A DNA stretch of 64,000 nt from Bugula neritina (lineage: Eukaryota > Animalia > Bryozoa), in contig OZ037766.1 in the NCBI GenBank assembly GCA_964035545.1, forward strand, positions 14,994,722 through 15,058,721. Direction: 5' to 3'. Below, one piece after another: positions 39,201 through 54,200 of this stretch. Each line of letters opens with the position of its first letter. Position 1 is the stretch's first letter. Position numbers and translations under genes: made by a program. The notes beneath the pieces were generated by a model, which saw nothing but the letters and a program-made list of their open reading frames with translations, had not been told where the DNA came from and searched no databases.

Positions 39201-42200
39201 TCAACTAATTGACTGCAACCAAATAGCCCTAGCTCTTATTATTATTCCATATTATGTTTCAAACTTTGGTTGTTCTACAACTGCTTTTGTTCCTTAGGTA
39301 CCCTTCTATAATTTAGGATTGCTGACTTTGTCAATCATTTATGTTACTACATAGCCCTTTAACGTTACCTGCACTCAGTATATGTTCACGGGCTATATGC
39401 AAAGTAGTGTACTCCCAAAGCTGCAATACCCTTACTGATAAAGCACAGGCACATCAATCTTGAACATCAAACTGTAAAGGAAACACTCAAAGCCGAGCAA
39501 ACAAGAGATGATATTATTTCTGCAGCTAGTTTGATAAGCAAATACCAAATTAAACTTATAATAGTTATCAGGAAAAACTATTCAGTAATTCACTATTTAT
39601 ATTAAAATCATAGTTTATCATGCAGTGATGTACTCGCCCATGAGTTTCCCAGATTTTGTATCTAAAATTGTATGTTTAAGTTACAAAATTTCAACTTCAA
39701 CAGAACTGCAACTCATTACTTATTTACAGAGAGCTATCCCATGCCTTTTATATTATCTATCAACTCTGGTGGAACTGGAACTTCCTCAACTCATGTGGGA
39801 CACTACTCATACATCCTATCTAATAAATTTCAAATTAAAAACATCCTATTGCTGATTAACATGTGAAAAATGTCATATTGAGAGTTTGGTTTGTTTTTAG
39901 TCTGCAGATGAAGTGCTTTGGTTTTTATATAGATGCATCAACAAATTTTTTTTCTACTAAATTAAAGCCCTGAGTTATAGGTTCAGGGTAATCTGCAGCA
40001 GATTATAATAATTTTCTTTTAATTAGTCAGAAAGAGAAAACAAAATTGGTTAAAATTCTATTACTCAAATGTAAGATGCCAAGGGTAAAAAGTTTCACAG
40101 CTTTAAACTCTTTGAACTGACACTTCTCTGGGAAGCTGTGTGCTCTTGACTGCATATCAGCTAATTTGAGACTACTACTAGCTTAGCACATGCCATATAG
40201 ATGTTATCTATGCTACTTCACTAGTTATTGTATTACTTGTACTAGTGTATAGGTGTGAAGCAACAAATTTTATTCACATTTCAAGCAGAGCATAGCAAAA
40301 GCATTTTCGAAATTTTAACAAGGAAGCAAATGATTTTCCTACTGAAATTGACCACCTGCCATTGATGACCCACCTGCCATTGATGACCCACCTGCCATTG
40401 ATGATCTGCTTGCAGGTGATGATCCACCTAATAGCCAGTCTGCTGGTGGAGACCTGCCTATCGATGTTGAACCATCTATTTGTGACTATCCAGTGACTGA
40501 TACTAGACCACTGGCTGATGAAGATGCACCTAGCTTGTCCAAGACTGGTAGCTTAACTAGTACTGGTAGTTTACCTAGTACTGATACCTTACCTAGTACT
40601 GGTAGTTTACCTAGTACTGATACCTTACCTAGTACTGGTACCTTACCTAGTACTGATACCTTACCTAGTACTGATACCTTACCTAGTACTGATACCTTAC
40701 CTAGTACTGGTAGCCTGCCTACTGATAAGAGTGCTCCACCTGATGGTGATATGCATTCTGAAATGTCAAGTTCCTGGTGTGTGATAGAAAATGAAACGTG
40801 AGTATATAAATTACTTATCTTTTGAATGTCATGAATATATTCCACAAGTAGAATCATTGCGTTTGGTCTCATCATAAGTTTGTAATAATTATATAACCAA
40901 GTTTTACTTGAAATGTGTGTAGCAGCAACTACACCGTGGTATTTAGACTACTTGTTAATTTTGAATTGTATTTATATTCAAGAAACATTAGTTTGTTTAA
41001 TATTTTCATTGATTGTTCTTAGTGTGTTGTGTTCACCCTATTGTCAGTTGATGTATTTCAGTGTTTGATGGAATATAATATTGTATTATAATGTAATTCC
41101 ACGTTTGTTTAGTATTTTTCGTCATTGTTGCAGTGAGAACAGAAAGACTGATAATTCTATTTCCAGACGTAAAAGAACTACACAACCAAAACAAGGCATG
41201 CTGTTTTAAAATATCCTTATAGCATTTCACACTACATTATTTATTGCTAACACTAAAATTTACATGCCTTGCTGGTCCTATTGTGATCGCAGCCGGATTG
41301 TCATTGTTTTGAATTCTAGTTGCTTACAATTCACTAACTGTTTGTTACATAAACTAAATCACTATTTTTGAGAAGCTTGGGATGCTGTGTGTTACTATTA
41401 ACTAATGCAATCTTCAACACCTAGCAAAATTGTATTACTTTGATAACACCTTAACGTTTTGCTCATTACAATTTTAAATTGATTAATTTCCCTTTGTGGT
41501 TATATCTATACATAAGTAAAATAGTGTAGTGTTGCTGCTTATTATGAAACATTGGTGTGAGCCAAAGTATGGAGAACTAAATGCTGTGCATTATACAGAT
41601 GTAATATTTTGCTTTTAAAGATATTGCAATGATCAATTTGAATGTAATTGATTCCTGAAGAGATCCCTTTAAGCAAAGCTTTTGGTTAAATGCATTAAGC
41701 TGTTGCTATGGTTGCAAAGTGTTACTATAGGTGTACATGTACCTCTTAATGTAATTTTTATCATTAGAAAACTTTTAAGTTAATGTATTTAATGTAGGTT
41801 TTGAGCTACCAAGTAACTTGCATTGAGATCTGCAACTTATGTTTATCTGTCTTATTCCTTAGCTGTTAGTAATGGAGATGTCATAGCTTCCTAATATGTA
41901 CCATATTGTGTTTATAGATACTGAGGAAGTGACTGTTAAAGCTCTGAAAATGATGCCGGACAACAAGCAGCAACATGCTTATAGTTTATCTACAAAAGCA
42001 GAAGATAGAGAATCCAGAAGTTATTTCTACAGTTATTCTGCTAGTGAAGATATGGTGGAAGCAGGCTCGAACCATTCAGATTGCATTTCTGATGTGCGAG
42101 GTTCATGGGAACAAAGAGGATATATGGGATCAGCTGGTCATGATTCAGCTAACCATTTGAAAATGAGTGAAATGTGTCCTTCAACTGTAGATGAGCTACA

Positions 42201-45200
42201 TGTATCTACAGAACCTAATAGTTTAGACCTAAGTTTTAGTATGCCTTCATTGCCATCTCATGAAAGTTTTGATAATATATCAAAGTTAGAGATTATGGAG
42301 CCAGGTTGTAACGATGAGGTCTCCATAGAACAACAGCCTGAGCCACCAGTGCAGCAGACAGAACAGCCACCAGTACAGCAGACAGAACAGCCACCAGTAC
42401 AGCAGACAGAACAGCCACCAGTACAGCAGAGAGAACAGCCACCAGTACAGCAGACAGAACAGTCACCAGTACAGCAGACAGAACAGCCACCAGTACAGCA
42501 GACAGAACAGCCGTCAGTACAGCAGACAGAACAGCCACCAGTACAGCAGACAGAACAGCCACCAGTACAGCAGACAGAACAGTCACCAGTACAGCAGACA
42601 GAACAGCCACCAGTACAACAGACAGAACGGCCACCAGTACAGCAGACAGAACAGCCACCAGTACAGCAGACAGAACAGCCACCAGTACAGCAGACAGAAC
42701 AATCACCAGTACAGCAGACAGAACACTCACCAGTACAGCAGAGAGAACAGCCACCAGTACAGCAGACAGAACAGTCACCAGTACAGCAGACAGAACAGCC
42801 TGATTCAGCGCATCCCATAACTTCTAAAGAACAGCCTGTAAATTCTGAGAAACAGCAAACAACTGATGTTCAAGTTTGGTCTAATAACCCTAAGAGCTGC
42901 CCAGATGCTCAAAGGCATAGCTTAGTTTCTTCGCAATCATTGAAAACAAAGTTTCGATACACCCCGTATTCATTGCCAGACCAGCTATCTCGAAATACAC
43001 CTACTGACCTATCGAAAATATCACCACAAAATGATGCTGAACAGCAAAACCAGCAATATCCAGGTATAGCTGTTCGCGACAGAAGTTCCATGCTGTTGCA
43101 TGAAAACTCAGTTTCTAAGGAGAAAATTGGTGACCTAATGGATCCACCGGCATCCTATGTTGAAACTAAAAGTTGCTGGGAAATTGGAGCTCCTTCATCT
43201 AATGAGCATAAAGATGATGATCTTCAGAAACAACTAGTTTTTGGACCACTTGGCAAACCTGAGGGTAAATGTTGAAGCAAAATTTCTTTAGTTGGAATCA
43301 AACTTGATGAGCTTCGTGAGCTAAATAATTATTTTGTCTAATGTGTATGTTAAGCTGCAGAGAAATGTGCTAAAATTCGATTAAGATTATGTAAGCTGTT
43401 TATTTTTTAATTTTGCAAAAATTATATAAATAACTTTGAATCCCAGCTGGAGGTTCATCTGTTAAAATTTTGAACACCCAAGTTATTTCTAATTCAAATT
43501 ATTCTACACATGCAAAGTCAATTAAGTAAACAAAATTTTGGCCCCTCTTAATTGATTTTTTTGATATGCAAGAGAAAAAAATTCTGCTTAGAATACTTGG
43601 ATATGCTTTTTACATTACATATTAAATACTTTTTAGGAGAGGTGAATGCTGCTCTAAATAAGGAAGATAGACAAGGCAAAGAAACATCAAATACTACTGG
43701 TAAAAATATTCAACTTGTTATGCTTTATCATCAGCCTGTCTATGCTAAATATAATATCTTTGTTGGTAAAATTGTGTTAATTACTTATACTATGTGTAAT
43801 AATTTTGTAATACAAATCTTAGCTAAGGATTCACTTACCAGCTATACTGAAAGCAAATATAGCAGTGATGAAGATATATCTGATCTAACCTTGAGTTCAC
43901 CTGCTGATCCTCCACTAAAGAAGCCAGCTGGAAATGGTGAGCTTGTTCTAGCATCGGTATCTAAATCTCTGCAATATTTGTATTTTGTTTTCTTTCTAGC
44001 AAGAATAATAATCATCACCTTTTGCTATTATTTAACTAGATGATGCACCTTCAAGTAACACTCGGAGTAAAAGTAAAGTTGTTGACAATGAGCAAGGACA
44101 AGCTGAAGCAGGTTAGGCTGAAATCTTATACTAAGTTATTATTGCTAAAACGTTCTTATCAAGTAAATGTTGCTTTACTGTTTTCATGTCTGTACTTGGC
44201 TAGAATTTACTGAAGTTTTCTATTAGTACTTCTACGGCCCAGATCACATTTTTATTATGACATTCTATGCTGTAGGAGGTATCTAGAGCTTATTAAAACT
44301 GCACTGTCTATTGTGTTTTTTAGATGTTGTTGCTTTGTTTATGAATATGAAATCAAAAGTAACTCAAGCCAAAGAAACACTTCAACACAAACCTGTGATT
44401 AAAAAAAGACTTAACAAAGAAGAAGAGGATAAACTATATGCAATATCCGATGAAGCTCGTAAACTTTGTAGTCTATATGAGGGAAACAAAAATAGCAGCC
44501 AAAATCAAAAAAGCAGTTTCAAAACTCAGGCTGTTGAACAATCTGAAAATGCCTTAAGAAAATTTTACAACAGACATGCCCGTGACCTAAATAAAATATT
44601 GTCCAAATGTGGATTCGAACAGGTAATACAATCAGGTTTGATAAACAGTGAAAATACAGCATTTTGAAATGCTGTCAACATTAAAACAATTTGAATTTGG
44701 TTCCATTTGATATATGTAGATGCAAAACATGTTCATTAAATTCGCTCTGCAAATGTCAATGTGTTTTGTTTCAAATAGAAATGCTGTGTTTCAGTTACAG
44801 GTAGCCGAGATTCCCTCTCATTGTCGAGCTAAACGAAAAGCTTCTCAAGTTCCACTCTTGAATAAGTAAGTCTGCGCTTCTTATACATTCATTAATAAAT
44901 GCTAGCCATTATAAAAACTTTCTGTTCTTTCTTATTTTGTCTGGGCAGCTTCTGAAAAAAAGGGTGAGATAAATGAAACAGTTTGTTGTGTTATAATAGT
45001 CAGTTCCTCTCATGAATTAGGGGAACCTATATATGCAAAGTATGTCAAAAAATTTTCAGCTTTTTCATGCAAATTTTTATTATTGTGAACCCTGGTTTCC
45101 AGATAAATCTACATTAAAATACTTAATAATGTACTGTGTTAGAAGTTGCTGAATGGGTGTAGTGGGTAGAATGACACTGAATTCTTTAAACTCTGATTTA

Positions 45201-48200
45201 ATTTTTGAATGATAAGCAAACTCTGGTTATTTCAAGTTTTTTTTTCAACAGTTTACTTGATGCTTGTATGTATATGACTGATTTATGAAATGCTATGAAG
45301 TTATAAATCTCCTATAAGCACTTCATTTTTAGTTTTGCTGGCTGTTATTTTAGTTGTGAAGGTAATAAGGGATTTTTATTGCAATCAGTGTTTAATAATA
45401 CCAAGTATAATATTTTATGCTGTTTTAAAACTCTTTCAGTCTGTTTTTAGCTTGTTCATAAGTGAGCTGAATAACAAGTAAAGCATACTGTTCAAACTTT
45501 TTATTGTTCAACAGTTTTTCTACTAATATTTTGCCTTTTACCAAAATTCTAAGTTTTCTTATTCAGAGATTTCTTAAGGACTTTTTGATGTTTCCTGTTT
45601 TGTATTGTATTATAGAAGCAGTTTGTAACGTAGATCTATACACTGATTTTATTTTATAAACTTTATAACCATACAAAAACATGGGGAATCACACACCCTG
45701 TTGCTAACATTACTTAGCTTCTGCAACAGGAGTAACATAAGCAGATATCCCAGACCTTTACTTAACATAAATGTTCTAGACTTTGTTTATATGGTAAAGT
45801 GGTATAGATATACTGTTAAAAACATTTACTTTTGTAGATTTCGTTCTTTGAAAATAACTTTCAAAGCAATACTTGCTTCATATGTTACCAACAGCTACAA
45901 AGAACAGGGCAAACAACCTTTTGTTGAAATTCGAAGTGATTTAGATTTTTTCGCTCAACCTCTCGTCTCTCTCAAGTTACAGTAAGTGCCAATACTAGAA
46001 AGTAAATAATACTTAGCTGTAATACTGTAGTTATAATTTATAAAACTACATGTATAAATGTAAAATGTTTTATAGCTAAATTGTAATTTTTTATTTATAC
46101 TTAGGCTTCCCACTTATTAAATTTGGTTGAAAGTTCTTGCTTTATTTCATGACTAGGAAAACCCATACTACACAACTTTGCTAAAACTAATGCTTATTTC
46201 CCCCCTCCCACAAGAAATATTTTATCCACCTCCTAAAGCCAGCTTTTAAACAAATTTGAAGGAAGTGACAGTGGAATATATATGAATATTTTTTATATAT
46301 ATTTTTTATTTAGGATTTTATTTGTAGTTTTGTGAACCTTGATTTATTACTTTCATCTAAAGAGTATAATATAATATCCTGATTCAGAGCTGATGGACTG
46401 TGGGTTGGAGAATGGCATATTGACCAATCTATCCCCAAAGTAGTGCAGTACAAATACATAGTTCATGATGGGAAAAAGGTTCAAGATGAAAACTATGAAT
46501 GGCTGGGTAAAACACAAGGCAAAGAGATAGTCAATCGCCATCTGGAAATTCCTGGTAATTGTTTAGTAGTGTGTTTTTTGCTTTTCAGATATGACATATT
46601 TTATGGTTCATATAATTTACAGATGAATTTGATTAAAATGTTTAAGCAATATTTATTTGTAATTAATAAACATTGTTATAAATTCTTAATTTTTCCTCCC
46701 ACAAGAAATATTTTATCCACCTCCTAAAGCCAGCTTTTAAACAAATTTGAAGGAACTGAAAATGGAATATGTATCAATATTTTATATATATATTTGTTAT
46801 TTGAAACATATTCCAATTGTGTCAACATATATATAGGTCTACAGATATTAATTTTATGTTGCATAGAGTATGCAGTTTCACTGATATGCTTGTTATATAA
46901 AATTCTAAATTTAGCAACATAATTTGTTTAGCAAAAGCTGCTGTGGTTACTTTGCACTAACTTTCTGGTGTTGGTTTGTAGACAATAACACAGATTTTGC
47001 GGTATATGATGGAGCTATCTTGATGAAAGAGTCAAAGTTTAAGCAGCTTAAATCTTACATTTTTTCTGAGAATGTAAAGGAAGAGGAACAAGAGCTAGGC
47101 ATGCTTGCCATGCTGCCTAATTGGACCGAAGAGATTACAAAAGGAACCACCATTTATGAGTTGACTAGTTGGGTGCAGCAGGCTCTTGATAGGCAAAAGG
47201 ACTGCATCACTCGATTTCATGATTACACACAGTCATATGATTCTAAAAAGGATGCAGCAGCCCAGCAGCTGGTTGATAAGGTGAGAATAACTTTTGTCTA
47301 TTAGTTTAACTGTTGTATATATTTATTTATTTGAATAAACTGTTGCAAATAGTCACACAACATTTTTTTTAAATTTCCTTCCCTCTTACGGTTGTGGTTT
47401 CATTTGATTGACGCTCACTACATCCCACTGAGCGAATGTATTTTTATTCAATGAATGAGGACAGTGTCAATGTAATGAAACCATACCCAGTACAGATTCA
47501 TTCCAAGCATAGGAATGATTGAAAAATCCATCTGCATATCCGAAAGCATTGGGGCACAATGAATGAATACAAACAATACTAGTTATTAAGTACAGTAGTC
47601 TTTCAGTATTACTGTATTGGGATGGCTAAGTGCTAACTAGCATCTAACTGTACATTCTCCCTGATCTTCTACATTACTTTGCTATTTCAATGAGTCACAA
47701 CAGTACTTTACCAATTTGGTAGTTTACGGTTTCAGGATGGCCTGTCAGCATAAACAGTATCATGGGTCATATTTGTATTAGTATCAAATAATGGAGTGAT
47801 GCTTATACTGGTGTTTTTTGGTTGAACTTTGTAGGAATATCTATTTCTACCTCAGTAGCTTCTACATTGTGATCATATGACTTCCTCTCAAATCTGATAT
47901 TTCCTACATGCCTGGTCATACCATCTATTTTTATTGTTCTATTTGATACCAATTCTGTCCTCTACCTGCTGGCCATGCTGGTGCACATTTTGCACTTGGT
48001 GGTTTACTGTATATGTGATCACCTACTTTTTTAAATGGATGTAAGTCTATCTCCCGAGACCTATAGTTACCAGAAACTTCCAGTATCCTTGGCTGATGAG
48101 TGTACATTTGTTCAACTGGTATGAGAGCTTCTATATTTGAACTGTTATTCCAAAACACCATTTGCTGTACTGAACCTGATGAACAAACTTTTATTTGTTC

Positions 48201-51200
48201 AATTGTTTTGCCATGTCTCTTTGTCACACCATTACTAGATGATTGATATGCACAACTAAATATATATTGTAGGCTACATTCCACTTGTTTAACAATCTGT
48301 TGAGCTACTCTGCTTTAAAACACTACTTGCTACTAAATTTTATATCTAGTTGCCCTTTCTTGATCTTAACAGGTTTAATCAACTAGCTTGGTTGTATGAC
48401 TGTTCTGTTATTCTATCGCTTGTTGTGGAGCACAAGTTGTGCAATGCTTTTCGGAAAATGTTCTTAGTCCTACTCATCATAAGTGACTAACAACTTTTGC
48501 TCTAATATAAACTATTCAGGAAACTAATGATAATTGTGGTATAACTTTAAGCATTATTTTGAATAAATTAACTCAAGCTTTTTTAATTCAAGTTTAGCTG
48601 CATTTTGAAATTTCATATTTTTTCATAATTAATATTTTACGTATACCTTATCGTTGATTAACTTTTAGGTTTTTAAGGGTTACCTTGACAAAGCATTTGA
48701 CACTCATAATGTAATGGTGAGCCAAAGTTCAGATGCCACTCTGGTACTTGCTTCATTAGCTGGCCTCTTGTTTGTTGGAACCAAGTGTATTGCAAGTGAT
48801 CCACTTGTGAGAACTCTAGTAGTGCGCTCTATCTCTGTTCATCTCAGATCGGCACCAAATGAGATGAAAGCAACTCCTGGCTGTGTGAAAGATTTATCAG
48901 AATTTTTACATAGTTTTCTATCCAAGTTGGATGGTGGAGAATATTTCATCAGGCAAGTAAAAGGTTGTGTGTTTCATGTTGCGTTAATCTCCAGATTTAG
49001 TTTTAATTTTTTGCTTTAATTATATTCTTTTTTTTTTAAAAGTCTGAAAACTTGTACATTTTAAGGAGCTTTTCCAGTTCTTTATTCAACTAAGTGACAA
49101 GGCATTTCGAAAACATCATTTGGAAAATGAACACTTGGAAAACTGGCAAATCACCAGTATTCGTTTTTAAATAAAGTTTTTTAATAGTCGCGGGTTCATG
49201 GAACTATTGCCATTTCTTCATTTTAATTGACTTTAATAATACTCAATAATACTCATAGTATGCGTTTAAAGAGTCTTGCAATGTTTTGTTGCACGTTTTT
49301 GTATTTAGAACAATTATTTTAAATTGGGTGCTTCCTAAAATAAACAAGCATATTCCTAATTATTCATAAAAGTTCAAGGAGAAAATTCTTCAATAGTCAC
49401 ATTCCTATGAGAAACTCTGATGGTAAGGTTTTTTCAAATTCAGCCAAGGATTTGTTTCTGGCATGGCACAGGAGTGAATTATGAACTCAAACCACTGATG
49501 TCAACCAAATCAATAGCCCAACGTTTTAGCCCGCTCCTGATAAAACTTTTTGATGTGATCTGAAAATCATCACAGAATTTAGTTAACATGTGAATATTTT
49601 AGAGATATGTATACATCTGTTCTGGAGGCTGCAAGGAATATAGAGGAGCTTAGTTATGGGAGTTGGATACTGTTCATTCCTTTACTCCACTTGTTGAGCC
49701 ACTCTCCTGAGGGAGTCTATAAACGAGGCGAGACTCGAAAGCATTCATCCTGGTGGGGTGTCACTGACATTGAGGGCATGATTCAAAGATTGAAACAGCT
49801 TCATTCCAATGTGTATGTCATTTATGATTTTAATACACCGAAAGAAATATTAGAATACGTTTTTAGCGCAGTCTAAATATTAAAGAGTAATTTTAAAAAC
49901 TTATCTCTATCAACACACAATTAAAGAACTTTGTTTACATTTGTTGCTAATTACTAATATTTACCTGGTAAGTGAAGCGTATCACTGTATCAGTTTACTA
50001 CGCTACTCATAGTAATATTCTTGCAAGAAACTCACTATAGCAATCTAACAAAGACGGAGAACCTTCAATGGAAATGTTTATCTTACAAATATTATCTTAT
50101 TTTTATTAAATTATGCTAGCTAGTTAAACTGCAGTTTTCACTTACAGCAAATTTTTAATGGAATTATGATAAACCTGTTTTAACTTTGACTTGTACAGCT
50201 TATTTTGGAAAATTTTTAAATGTCATTATGCTAACTAGACTATTGAATCGCAACGGTTTTCTCTACTACAAGTGGACTTGAAATGCCACAGGATTACATT
50301 TGTCACAAGCACATACATACCACATGCATTATATTTCAAGTCTGAGGTAAAGACTACAACCAACTGCATTTTCAGAACTTGGCTTCCAAACTAGTTTATG
50401 AGAAAAAAAGCAGCTCATTTAAGAGGTTTAGATTTTTATTTAACTATGTAACTCAGTCTAAGAAGCAGCCATATTGTAGTGGTTAGAGTTCTGGCTTAGT
50501 AAAACCAGAGGTCAGTGGTTCTAGTCCAAACAGCTTCGGTGATGTTAGGATGAGCATCCAGTCATAATTGCTTTGTCATTAATGGCATGTTGATTTACTG
50601 TTCATTAATTGGTTTGTTGGCTGTTTTAAAATTATATTATAAACAATTCAACAATATATTGTTTCATATGTAACTTTTAACCAACTAAAAATGTTTAGCC
50701 AAGTAAAAATTCATTTAAAACAAGCAGGGTATTTGTTTTTATTTTATAGAGATCACATGTGGATGTTGTATTCGAAGTATTTCTCTCCCTTCTTTGCATT
50801 GGACTCAGTCTTGCCTTACACATTTCTGGCCTTACTAAATGAAAGTCAACTTGTAAACATGCTAAATGCTACCAACGACTCAACTGGGGCTTATCTTCCA
50901 ATAGATGGCACATTTGCTTGTGCTTTGCATCATTTACCAAGAAGTTGCGATGTAAGTTGTTAATTGTTGCAGGAGTATTGTATTCTTATATTTGAATGTG
51001 TTGGTGTTTAATAATATTTTAAGTGTTTCACTTTAAAATTAGTTTTGGTGTTTTCAATTATAACTTAAAATCAAAAGCATTACTAGTTTTTTATCAATAG
51101 GCTACCACTGATTCTATTGTATAAGCTACATTTTTTGTGTTATTAACTGTTTTCAAATTATTAGTGATCTCTGAAAATATAAATATATCTGAACTGTTAT

Positions 51201-54200
51201 TAACATATACTTGTAGAAAATTTTGTCTGTCAGGTTATGATTTTATGTTTTAGAAAGAGAAAATTTTCAATTCTTTAATGGACTTTCTTAGAAAGCGTAT
51301 TGGACTATCTCAAAGGTTTGTATGTATGGGTTTTCATCAAATAATAAAATATATGTAAGCACACAAGTGGTTGATGAGGGTCTATGTGCACAGTAGCATA
51401 GCAAGTATAGCAGCCCACAGCCATAAGCAGCCAAAAGTCTACTTCAGCAAATGATCAAGCAGGCGCTTCTTTAAAGTCAGTATGAAAACCCTCGGTTTGG
51501 TGGTAAGGAAGTAATTGTAGCCCAATTTGAAAATTAGCCTGTCTATAACCACACACAGCAGTACACAGTGTGAGAGTAAGTAAAAAATCTGAATGGCTTG
51601 TTGAGGTATTGAATTGTAATGAAATTAGAGCTTATTATGGTTCATCACATTCGAGAAAGCAGATATTTGGATTATAGATAAGATGAATGAGTTATTTTTA
51701 CCTTTTGAATTATGAAGATGTATAATGAGCTTCATATGGTATATAATTCTTGTGCCATATATAATTCATTTAAGTGTGTCTTTGTTCCCTATGATTTTAA
51801 GCAATAGGATATACTACGATTGCCAAGGTTATTATGTAACAAGATTAAAATGCTAGGGGAAAGATGAAGTTTGGTATATTAAGCCAGTGCTCTTTTAGAG
51901 CTAAGCATAAATATTTTCTATATTATGTTATCAGTTTTATTTATTACCTATTGTATTGCCTAGGAATGTAAACGATAGAGCCTCAATGACTGTAAATAAA
52001 GATTGTTATTTAGGTCTCTGGTAAACTCACCATCCTGGACTGTCATCAAGTACTGTTTGGTATATATAACTTCTGTATAGCCACGATTCAATATATATTT
52101 TAGCGAGCCTCTCAAGGTAGAGCCTGGCTGTCAGCTACTTGCTGCTGAGTTGTTAGCATCTACTCAACCACAAGGCGACACATTTATCCGAGAGTACTTT
52201 TTCACAGCAGTTCAGATCTACTTGTATGTCATGGAAGCTGTTCTAGCAGATGATGAAACTTTAGCAATGAATGAACTTGGTGTGAATCTGGTGTACTCCA
52301 GTGACCGATTTTTATCTCTGTTAAATACTAACAATGTCCTAACATTTCTTACGGATGGAGAGATCAGAGTAAGTGTAATGTTATTGTTAGCAGTCAGTTT
52401 TGCCAATTGGATTTACAGATGTGTGCTTATTGTACAAAAGCAAAGGTGCCTTAGTGTGAAGTATTAATTATAGTACCCATTGGCTGCAGAATGATCTGGT
52501 TATGTAATACTTATCTTTTTTCTTTACTTACTACTAGTCAATAAATTTTACAGAAAAGTATTTATGAATGATTTGATTGATAGCATTGGACAAAATTATT
52601 TCAACAAGGATTCAGAAATGAAGATGTAAAAACTTGGTGGACATCTCTTTGCAAGAAAACATTCAAGCAGCGTTTAGAGAAGGTAAGAGATTGGAGCTTA
52701 TTCATTTTTTTATAATTGTGGAGGATTGCCATCTATTTTAATTTTTTTAAAATATAAGTTGATTTTTAAATGTGTTCTATAGAAAGAGTTTTTAAAGCTA
52801 TAAAATTACTCTAGGTATATACTAACAGATACATGAAACTCTCAAAAGTTTACTAACACATGCATACAATATAACACTCGTAACAAAATCCTTTCTTAAT
52901 GATATTATTTTTTGATGACCCTGCTTTTTGTCATTTATATATTACCTATATGCTCCAGCAACTTATGAAGTTGCAAGTATATTCCTCAAAAGGAATTGAC
53001 AATTATCCAGGGAAAATCTTTTTATTGCGACATTTTTTAAGCGTGTGAGCTGATCAGCAAAGGTTATTTTCTCCCCAACTAAAGTTTAATTTTTCTAGCT
53101 ATCCTGTGACAAGCCCATGGTAGTAGTTGACCTATATTGCTCAAAGACATTCAACACCCCTGCAATGGAAGAAACTGTTGCTGAATTGGCATTCCCTAAG
53201 GCAGAACTGCTTCTACAGGTACTTTCCAGTCTGCTTTTCAATTTAAAAATGATTATATTTTAGATGGAAAATTGATATTCTAATGTTTTAAATAGTAGTG
53301 TAAGTTATTTTTACAATTTAAGTTTAGAGACTATAACTTTGTCTGCAATTGTGAAACTTCATGAATGCCTGTGTGGCTGAAGTTCTGCTGAGTCAGAGCT
53401 CAATTAGGTTCTAGAACGGAAAAAATAATTGAAAGATTCATTTTTAGCAACTAACAAGCTTTCACTATCTCTGCTTATATGTATCATATCTATCATTACT
53501 TCAATGTATATGTTACTGAATATAGAAGACAAACAAAAAATTCCCAATGTTATGGGGGGGGGGGGGGGGTAGGGGATGTCAAAAGTTTTATTGGTGGCTT
53601 GATAGATATATTTTTAGTTGTAACTCCATTTTAAGTTGGACGTAATTTCATAGTTGTGTCCCTATTACAAGAATGAGTCATTTGCAGCCAGCTTAACATT
53701 TAAAAATATTTAGTCTGCTTTCGGATTTAAGAGGCAAGCAAAAATTGATTTGATAGCTGCAAATTTTGTGATTCAGTTGTCTAATTGGCAAGTAAAATTG
53801 TTGCCCGTAATGGTTTGGTCTCGATTTTTTAAAAATAGGTTGTAAAAATTACAGCTAAAAGCAATATTACTCTAATTCAACTAAAATATTTTGGGAATAA
53901 AAAAGCAGTTTAACTTTTTAAATTGAGTTTATAGTATTGAAATGATCTGTAAGATAAAAGCATTTCTATTAATGGCTTTTGTCAATAAATCCTCTTCACT
54001 TTTTCGTTTGATTTCCATAAGTCGTTGCTTGAAAAAAAAACATAAGTCAGCCCCCTTTTTGACAAGAAAATGGTTATTTTGAATCGTTATCGTCTTTGGA
54101 ATTATTGCACTCTTGTACAGTTGCATACATAAATCGAAACAATATTTGTAACTCATATTACTAGCCTAGCATGATCTTTAGAGAAAAACTGAATAGGTTT

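Noticed and set aside
42258-42818. Cys-rich metallothionein- or keratin-associated-like ORF (CSVCCTGG)n on the minus strand
   Set aside because: Antisense shadow of the coding QQTEQPPV repeat.
52554-52682. Apparent premature stop in an RNF213-like exon
   Set aside because: Using the acceptor ending at 52583 gives an open, in-phase exon (HWTKLF…LEK).
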